Shown one piece after another: positions 58,142-64,000 of a DNA stretch of 64,000 nucleotides. Source of the stretch: an uncultured Actinomycetes bacterium (lineage in GTDB: Bacteria; SZUA-79; Acidulodesulfobacterales; Acidulodesulfobacteraceae); the NCBI GenBank assembly GCA_964631685.1, contig CAZVZU010000003.1, positions 1-64,000 of the forward strand, in the 5' to 3' direction. The position numbers and the translations under genes are program-made. The notes beneath the pieces are model-generated. The model did no database searches. It had not been told where the DNA came from and was given only the letters and a program-made list of their open reading frames with translations. The stretch's first letter is position 1; every line of letters starts with the position of its first letter.

Positions 58142-58315
58142 ATGAAAAGATTAAAATTGGCGACCTTATTCTTTTTGATTTTTATTACGACAAATTTTCT
58201 GACGGGATGTGCTCTTTTGCTTATCGGCGGTCTCGCCGGAACCACCGGTTATTTTGCCGCTAAGCAAGGTTACTCCGTTCAATCCCCTATTATTAAGAAG
58301 AATAAACAAAAATAA
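58142..58315 (+). CDS. small putative lipoprotein (57 aa)
   Basis: GGGAGGGG SD, MKRLK-hydrophobic-LTGC lipobox; real start is internal to the 58022 ORF call. Confidence 0.65.
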   Translation: MKRLKLATLFFLIFITTNFLTGCALLLIGGLAGTTGYFAAKQGYSVQSPIIKKNKQK

Positions 58316-58328
58316 CCGTGATGATTTT

Positions 58329-58844
58329 ATGGGTGAAACGGAGAAAAATGATATGGAAGTCTTAATTGTTATTGGCTCTAAAAACGATTTGACCGACATA
58401 GATGGTGCAATTAATATATTAAACAAGTTTAATGTTACGTTTGAAGTTCATATTTCATCCGCGCATAGGACGCTTAAAAGAACTATAGAGCTCGTTGAAT
58501 CATCCGAAAAACACGGCACAAAGGTGATTATTGCGGCTGCGGGGATGAGCGCTCATCTTCCGGGTGTCATTGCTGCCTTAACTGTTATGCCGGTTATAGG
58601 CGTCCCTCTTGACTCGTCTGCCCTGCACGGCATAGACAGTCTATTATCTATTGTTCAAATGCCGTCGGGCATTCCCGTTGCAACGACAGCCATCGGCAAA
58701 ACAGGTGCGACTAATGCCGCTCTTCTTTCAATCTCCATTCTTGCCGTTAACAATGTAGGTTTGACCGAAAAACTTAAGAAATATAGGAAAGAGCTTGAAG
58801 AATCCGTTGCTAAATCGGACAGTGAGCTTAATATAAATTCTTAA
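58329..58844 (+). CDS. purE: N5-CAIR mutase PurE
   Basis: GS..D, SAHR, AAAG.SAHLPG, PVIGVP, DSLLSIVQMP.G.PVAT; start trimmed to Met 58329. Confidence 0.95.
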   Translation: MGETEKNDMEVLIVIGSKNDLTDIDGAINILNKFNVTFEVHISSAHRTLKRTIELVESSEKHGTKVIIAAAGMSAHLPGVIAALTVMPVIGVPLDSSALHGIDSLLSIVQMPSGIPVATTAIGKTGATNAALLSISILAVNNVGLTEKLKKYRKELEESVAKSDSELNINS

Positions 58845-58914
58845 TGGTTATGACAAGGGTTTTCTGATTCTAATCGGCAACAATAAATTTATTATAAGAT
58901 CTTAATGAAATATT

Positions 58915-59379
58915 ATGGGAAATATGAGATTAAGCCTTTCGATATATGCTAATCTATCGGTTTCTGTACTCACAGGGGTTTTGGCGCAACTTTTTATGAA
59001 ATACGGCATGAACGGCTTAAAAAGCAACGGCCGTTTAGTCGGAATACATCTAAATATTTCATCGGTTTTGCTTTCTAATGTTATCAATATTTTATATGTA
59101 ATTTTTACAAACAAGTTTGTCATAATGGGTATTATTTTATATTTGATATCAATGTTTTTTTGGATTAATGTCCTGTCTAAAATAGATTTATCGGTGGCAT
59201 ACCCATTTGTGAGTATAGGGGTCGTTCTTACCGTTGTACTCGCGGCGATTATGCTTCACGAGTCTATACCCCTGCTAAGGTGGATAGGAATATTTGTCAC
59301 CCTGTCGGGAGTATATCTTATCGTGTCTTCTCATAAAGACAATGGCAAGGCAGGGTTAAAACGAACGGTAACGAGTTAA
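58915..59379 (+). CDS. EamA/SMR-like (ArnE/ArnF-like) small membrane transporter
   Basis: AQLFMK, W..VLSK.DLSVAYP..S, E.I...RWIG. Confidence 0.8.
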   Translation: MGNMRLSLSIYANLSVSVLTGVLAQLFMKYGMNGLKSNGRLVGIHLNISSVLLSNVINILYVIFTNKFVIMGIILYLISMFFWINVLSKIDLSVAYPFVSIGVVLTVVLAAIMLHESIPLLRWIGIFVTLSGVYLIVSSHKDNGKAGLKRTVTS

Positions 59380-59480
59380 TTGCCTGCTCGTAACGGGTAA
59401 ACTTGAAAATGGCGAATATAAAAATGTTTACTTCTTAAATATGGTGGTTGATGGGTTATAGCAATGCCCATGTATGAAAA

Positions 59481-60206
59481 ATGTTAATCATTAAAGATTA
59501 TATGAAAACACAAGAGCAAATCAAGAAATTAGCGCCGTGTCGGATCGGACTTAATGACGGTTTGAAAATTTGTAATTTGAATGATTTGACAGAAAAGGAT
59601 TATGCCGATATCGGTGAATATATGAGTTCGTCGGGTATTATCATTTATCCGACCGAAACATCTTATGCAATTGGGGCTAACGCCCTTGATAATACCGCAG
59701 TAAATGCGATTTACAGCATTAAGGGCAGGGAACTTACAGAACCACTTCCTATTATAGTAAAAGATTTAAATATGTTAATTAATCTTGCTTATGTTAATAG
59801 GCAGGAAGAGGATATTATTTCAAAATTCTGGCCGGGGCCGTTGACTATATTGTTTAAATCTAAAAAAATAAACAATTATTTTTTGTTTACATCTGATTCA
59901 GAATTTATAGGTGCAAGGATTTCGCCTCATTCCTTTCTTGAGTCGTTGTTTGATAAAATAGATTTTCCGATAATTTCTACAAGCGCAAATATTTCGGGAG
60001 AGGATAGCCTGACGGATTTAGAAGGCGTAAGAAGAGTTTTTGGTGCATATGGAGATAAGGTTATTGTGATAAGCGATAGTGAGCTTTCAGGAGGTTCATC
60101 TACCATAATAAGGATAGAAAAAGGAAAGGTTACGATAGTGAGGGAAGGCGATAACAATATGAAGGAGCGTCTATCTTGCTACATGAGAAATAAAAAATTG
60201 TTATAG
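59481..60206 (+). CDS. tsaC: threonylcarbamoyl-AMP synthase (Sua5/YrdC/TsaC)
   Basis: YPTET.Y.IGA, IY.IKGR, FWPGPLT, STSANISG, STI, REG. Confidence 0.9.
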   Translation: MLIIKDYMKTQEQIKKLAPCRIGLNDGLKICNLNDLTEKDYADIGEYMSSSGIIIYPTETSYAIGANALDNTAVNAIYSIKGRELTEPLPIIVKDLNMLINLAYVNRQEEDIISKFWPGPLTILFKSKKINNYFLFTSDSEFIGARISPHSFLESLFDKIDFPIISTSANISGEDSLTDLEGVRRVFGAYGDKVIVISDSELSGGSSTIIRIEKGKVTIVREGDNNMKERLSCYMRNKKLL

Positions 60207-60271
60207 TTGTTATATAAATAATAGGACGCTCTCCTCATATGTGCGGAGAGGGAGTTGGAGGTGCGGATAGA

Positions 60272-61138
60272 ATGAAAGAAAGTAAAGATTTAATAGGTAT
60301 AATCGGTGGCAGCGGATTGTATCATATGAAAGGATTAGAAAATGTAAGGGAGAAATTCTTTAATACTCCCTTCGGCGTTCCGTCGGATAAGTTGGTTTTT
60401 GGAGAAATAAACGGAAAAGAGTTTGTTTTTATACCTAGACATGGAAGGGGACATAAGATTTTGCCATCCGAAATAAATTATGCCGCAAATATTTATGCGC
60501 TTAAGGCAGTCGGCGTTAAGAAAATTATATCTGTTAGCGCAGTAGGAAGTCTTAAGAAAAGTATCAAGCCCGGTGATATGATTGTTATTGACCAATTTTT
60601 CGATTTCACAAAAAATAGAAAAAGTACATTTTTTGGCGATGGCATAGTAGCGCATGTTTCAATGGCAGAGCCCGTTTGTCCATATTTAAGTAAGATAGTA
60701 ATAAATTCATGTAAATCGCTGGGGATACCCTGTCATGAAAAAGGGACATACTTATGTATTGAGGGGCCGCAATTTTCTACAAGGGCGGAGTCCCTTTTCT
60801 ACCAACAGGGTAATTTTGATGTCGTAGGAATGACAAATGCTACTGAAGCCAAGCTTGCCAAAGAAGCTGAACTTTGTTACATTACTATCGCCATGGCGAC
60901 GGATTACGATTGTTGGCACGATGCAGAAGATAACGTAACTGCAGATATGATACTTAAGATTCTTAATGAGAATACCCAAAAGGCTGAAAATATAATTAAA
61001 GATGTGGCTAAGGTTATAGATTTTGACGAAAGAGAGTGTGTTTGCGGGTCATCTCTCAGGCAGTCTGTGGTAACGGCAAAGGAAGATGTTCCGGCTAAGA
61101 CCTTGAAAAGACTTTCTATTTTTAATTTGTATGGGTAA
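60272..61138 (+). CDS. mtnP: S-methyl-5'-thioadenosine phosphorylase
   Basis: IGIIGGSG, TPFG.PS, RHG..H, SAVGSL, EGPQFSTRAES, GMT, TDYDCW; start at ATG 60272 behind GGAGG. Confidence 0.93.
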   Translation: MKESKDLIGIIGGSGLYHMKGLENVREKFFNTPFGVPSDKLVFGEINGKEFVFIPRHGRGHKILPSEINYAANIYALKAVGVKKIISVSAVGSLKKSIKPGDMIVIDQFFDFTKNRKSTFFGDGIVAHVSMAEPVCPYLSKIVINSCKSLGIPCHEKGTYLCIEGPQFSTRAESLFYQQGNFDVVGMTNATEAKLAKEAELCYITIAMATDYDCWHDAEDNVTADMILKILNENTQKAENIIKDVAKVIDFDERECVCGSSLRQSVVTAKEDVPAKTLKRLSIFNLYG

Positions 61139-61233
61139 TAAATCATCGGCGGGTTAGATTGATGCATGTTTGCGTATGATGGACGATAGCTGTCCATTGC
61201 GTTTTATATTAACATTTATTTACGGGGTAACAA

Positions 61234-62148
61234 ATGGCTATAACTGTTGTTGGTTCAATAGCAATGGATAATGTTGAAACACCATTTAATAAAATGAATA
61301 ATATTCTTGGGGGTTCCGCATCATTTTTTTCATTGGCATCATCATTTATGACGGACACGAAAATAATTGGTGTTGTGGGGAGTGATTTTAATAAGGAGTA
61401 TCTTGATATTTTTAAAGATAGGGCAATAGACATTACGGGTTTAAGTGTGGAAGATGGTAAAACTTTTCACTGGGAAGGAAGATATGATTATGACCTATCC
61501 GATCCCGAAACATTAAAAACAGAACTCGGGGTTTTTTCCTCTTTCAAACCGGTAGTGCCTCATAGTTTTAAGAATGACATGCTCTTTCTTGCTAATATAG
61601 ATCCCGATATTCAGCTTGATGTTTTAAGCCAGATGAGTTCATCGAAACTAATCGCACTTGACACTATGAATTTTTGGATTGAAGGAAAAAAAGAAAGGCT
61701 TATTGAAGTTATAGAAAAATCCGATATATTTATTATAAATGAATCGGAAGCAAGGCTTTTGACGGGTAAATCTTCTATATTTGCAGCTGCTAAGGTCATA
61801 ACCCATGATTTTGGCGCAAAAGTATTGGTGTTAAAAAGGGGAGCATACGGTGCAACAATGTTTTTTGACGAACATTTTTTTATTGTCCCCGCTTATCCCT
61901 TGGAAGATATTAAGGATCCTACCGGTGCGGGTGATTCGTTTGCCGGGGGTTTTTTGGGGTATATAGATAGCACTGGAGATATGTCTTTTGAAAATTTTAA
62001 AAAGGCTCTTGTTTTCGGAAATATTATGGCGTCGTTTGCCGTCGAGGATTTTTCCGTTCATGGATTGACGGCAATAAAAATAGAAGAAATCATGGATAGA
62101 TTTAAAAAATTCAGAGATATGACATATTTTGGAGAATTGTCGCTTTAA
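61234..62148 (+). CDS. PfkB-family carbohydrate/nucleoside kinase
   Basis: VGSIA.D, LGGSA, NESEA, DPTGAGDSFAGG. Confidence 0.9.
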   Translation: MAITVVGSIAMDNVETPFNKMNNILGGSASFFSLASSFMTDTKIIGVVGSDFNKEYLDIFKDRAIDITGLSVEDGKTFHWEGRYDYDLSDPETLKTELGVFSSFKPVVPHSFKNDMLFLANIDPDIQLDVLSQMSSSKLIALDTMNFWIEGKKERLIEVIEKSDIFIINESEARLLTGKSSIFAAAKVITHDFGAKVLVLKRGAYGATMFFDEHFFIVPAYPLEDIKDPTGAGDSFAGGFLGYIDSTGDMSFENFKKALVFGNIMASFAVEDFSVHGLTAIKIEEIMDRFKKFRDMTYFGELSL

Positions 62149-62181
62149 ATTTAATTTTAATAATGCTATTATTACGTTGTT

Positions 62182-62973
62182 ATGTTTAAATTAGATAGTC
62201 GTATAAAATTAGTCTTTATAATGCTGTTAATGGCGGTTTTATCCGCTGGTTTGTATGGGTGCGGATTTTCCCAGGTTTCTAAAACAAAGAAACTCAAGGC
62301 AGATCTTTTTTACAAGCTCGGGGCTGGATACTACCAAAATGGAAACTATGTAAAGGCAATGCAGGAGTTTATCAAGGCAAAGACGTCAGATCCCTATTCG
62401 GCAAAAGATTACAATGCCATAGGCATGGTCTATATGATGACCCACAGAAAAGGTATGGCTGTGGTAAATTTTAAAAAAGCCGTTGAATTAAATCCAAAAT
62501 TTTCTTATGCCTATTATAATCTTGCACTTATCTATATGAAAAAGCGTGATTACGAGAATGCTAAAATTAACCTAAAAAAGGCATTGTTGAATCCGTTTTA
62601 TAACCAGCCCTACGAAAGCTATACCCAGCTTGCAAGAATTTACATTATAGAAAATAAATTAAAAAAAGCGAATAAATTATTGCTTATTTCAGAATCACTC
62701 GGTAAAAAGTATTTCCTTACTTACTATTATCTCGGAGAGATATATCTCATTAAAGGACAATTGCGGAAGAGTTTATTTAATTTTAAAAAGGCTATTAGTC
62801 TTAATATTTTTTATGCCTCAGCAAGATACAAAGTAGGTGTTGTGTATTTTAGGCTAAGGAGATACAAAGAGGCAAAAGAAATTTTTAATTATATATATAA
62901 ACATGATGGAAACGCTAACGCTAGAGTAAAATCATTTAATTATTTGAAAAAAATTAGACTTTACGGCTATTAA
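62182..62973 (+). CDS. TPR lipoprotein, PilW/PilF-like
   Basis: lipobox LYGC, multiple TPR repeats, ALLNPFY..P; position before rodZ. Confidence 0.7.
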   Translation: MFKLDSRIKLVFIMLLMAVLSAGLYGCGFSQVSKTKKLKADLFYKLGAGYYQNGNYVKAMQEFIKAKTSDPYSAKDYNAIGMVYMMTHRKGMAVVNFKKAVELNPKFSYAYYNLALIYMKKRDYENAKINLKKALLNPFYNQPYESYTQLARIYIIENKLKKANKLLLISESLGKKYFLTYYYLGEIYLIKGQLRKSLFNFKKAISLNIFYASARYKVGVVYFRLRRYKEAKEIFNYIYKHDGNANARVKSFNYLKKIRLYGY

Positions 62974-62993
62974 ATTTATTTTGGTCCTAATCT

Positions 62994-63731
62994 ATGGAAA
63001 CAATAGGGGAGTATCTTAAATTAAAAAGAGAAGATATTGGGCAGACTTTTGACACAATTTCCGGAATAACGAAGATAAGGCCCCAATACATTGAAGCAAT
63101 TGAGAAAGATGATTTTTCTTTATTTTCTTCGCCCCAAATTTTAAAAGGGTATATCAAATTAATAGCTAAAACGATAGATGCTGATGAGGAGTATGCGTTA
63201 GGCTTATTAGAACCGCAACTTGAAGCATGTTTTAAACACAAAAATGTTGAGGATATTTTAGGCGAACAACTAAGAGAAGAAAAACAGAGGTATTACAGTT
63301 TAAGAAAGAGAATCTTAGTTATAATACTTGCTGGTATGTTCATTATAGTTATATTCTTCGCATCATTAAAGATTTTAGAGTTTTTTACATTCAGGACGCA
63401 CTATGCAACTACTATTTCATACCATGTGCCCAAAAAGGTGGCATTAGACCATATCTCCAAAAAAAAGAGTGGGAACAATGCAAGTTATTCTATCGTATTA
63501 AGGGGAAAAGTGACAAGAAAGACGTGGGTTGCTGTGATAGTAGATAATCAACAGCCGAAGACTTATATGTTATTTCCGGGAGATGTGGAGATATGGCAGG
63601 CTAAAAAGACATTGAAGATCAAAATAGGCAATGCCGGTGGAATCAATCTGAATTATAACGGAAAAAGCTTAGGAAAATTGGGCGTAGAAAAAGAAGTAGT
63701 GACCTTAAATTTTGAAAAAAAGTCCGGTTGA
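62994..63731 (+). CDS. rodZ: RodZ-like protein (HTH, TM, DUF4115)
   Basis: IGEYLK..RE, TKI...YI.AIE, GY.K..A, TM helix, W..V..D, IGNAGG. Confidence 0.85.
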   Translation: METIGEYLKLKREDIGQTFDTISGITKIRPQYIEAIEKDDFSLFSSPQILKGYIKLIAKTIDADEEYALGLLEPQLEACFKHKNVEDILGEQLREEKQRYYSLRKRILVIILAGMFIIVIFFASLKILEFFTFRTHYATTISYHVPKKVALDHISKKKSGNNASYSIVLRGKVTRKTWVAVIVDNQQPKTYMLFPGDVEIWQAKKTLKIKIGNAGGINLNYNGKSLGKLGVEKEVVTLNFEKKSG

Positions 63732-63791
63732 AGTTAATATATTATAAATAGAGTTTCCCTATTGCATGTGACTTTGATTGTAAAAACATTA

Positions 63792-63820
63792 TTGACTTTT
63801 TAGAAAATAAACAGTAGACT
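63792..63820 (+). promoter_or_regulatory. putative sigma70 promoter of the TusA-like gene
   Basis: TTGACT(63792-63797)-17 nt-TAGACT(63815-63820). Confidence 0.6.
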
Positions 63821-63868
63821 GAAAGAGTTTTTAAAAACTAAAACATATACATTTAAGGAGGCAACATT

Positions 63869-64000
63869 ATGGCAGTATCCCCAAATAAAACCCTTGATGC
63901 GAGCGGTTTGTCATGTCCATTACCAATAGTTAAAACCAAGAAAGAGATTGATACTATGAGTTCAGGGCAAATTTTGGAAGTTATTTCGACCGATCCTGGT
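63869..64000 (+). CDS. tusA: TusA/SirA-family sulfur carrier, 5' part (runs off the window; not in ORF track)
   Basis: AAGGAGG SD; MAVSPNKTLDASGLSCPLPIVKTKKEIDTMSSGQILEVISTDPG with CPxP motif. Confidence 0.9.
   Translation, partial: MAVSPNKTLDASGLSCPLPIVKTKKEIDTMSSGQILEVISTDPG

Noticed and set aside
810..63241. Many 60-150 aa antisense or alternate-frame ORFs in the track
   Set aside because: They overlap well-supported genes, lack SD sites and recognisable motifs, and look like shadow ORFs.

Overview
A 64-kb AT-rich bacterial chromosomal segment. Gene content and order (ispG-proS; rpsF-rpsR-DUF2232-rplI-dnaB; divIVA-yggT; mtnP-pfkB-TPR-rodZ; DsrE/TusA sulfur carriers; rubredoxins; AhbC-like radical SAM) suggest a low-GC deltaproteobacterial-type anaerobe or microaerophile. 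An acid-mine-drainage lineage such as Ca. Acidulodesulfobacterium is plausible but is only my inference. Most of the window is housekeeping: smpB, ispG, proS, thiE/thiC/thiD, dnaB, ribosomal proteins, argS, purD/purH/purE, gmhA, tsaC, mtnP, rodZ, five tRNAs and three diguanylate cyclases. The richest part is an ~11-kb accessory block between the inward-facing 3' ends of tRNA-Thr(CGT) and tRNA-Arg(ACG). It holds an orphan merT-like gene with a MerR-type promoter, an old yellow enzyme, a PAS-GAF-GGDEF protein, a stand-alone Card1/Can2-like CARF-nuclease with no CRISPR locus in view, and the best candidate for an undescribed system. That system is a cytochrome cd1-family protein mixing NirS and NirN signatures, behind a perfectly placed Crp/HcpR-type box, followed by an intact AhbC/NirJ-like radical SAM-SPASM enzyme and a coupled paralogue that has lost the CX3CX2C and GGE motifs but kept its SPASM cysteines. 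Other oddities: a PolX with a degenerate polymerase triad, a tolC-emrA-cytochrome c locus with no inner-membrane pump, a roadblock-domain pair without a GTPase, several long palindromes, and small ORFs missed by the ORF track. No integrase, transposase, rRNA or CRISPR array was seen. All protein assignments are by motif recognition, not database search.
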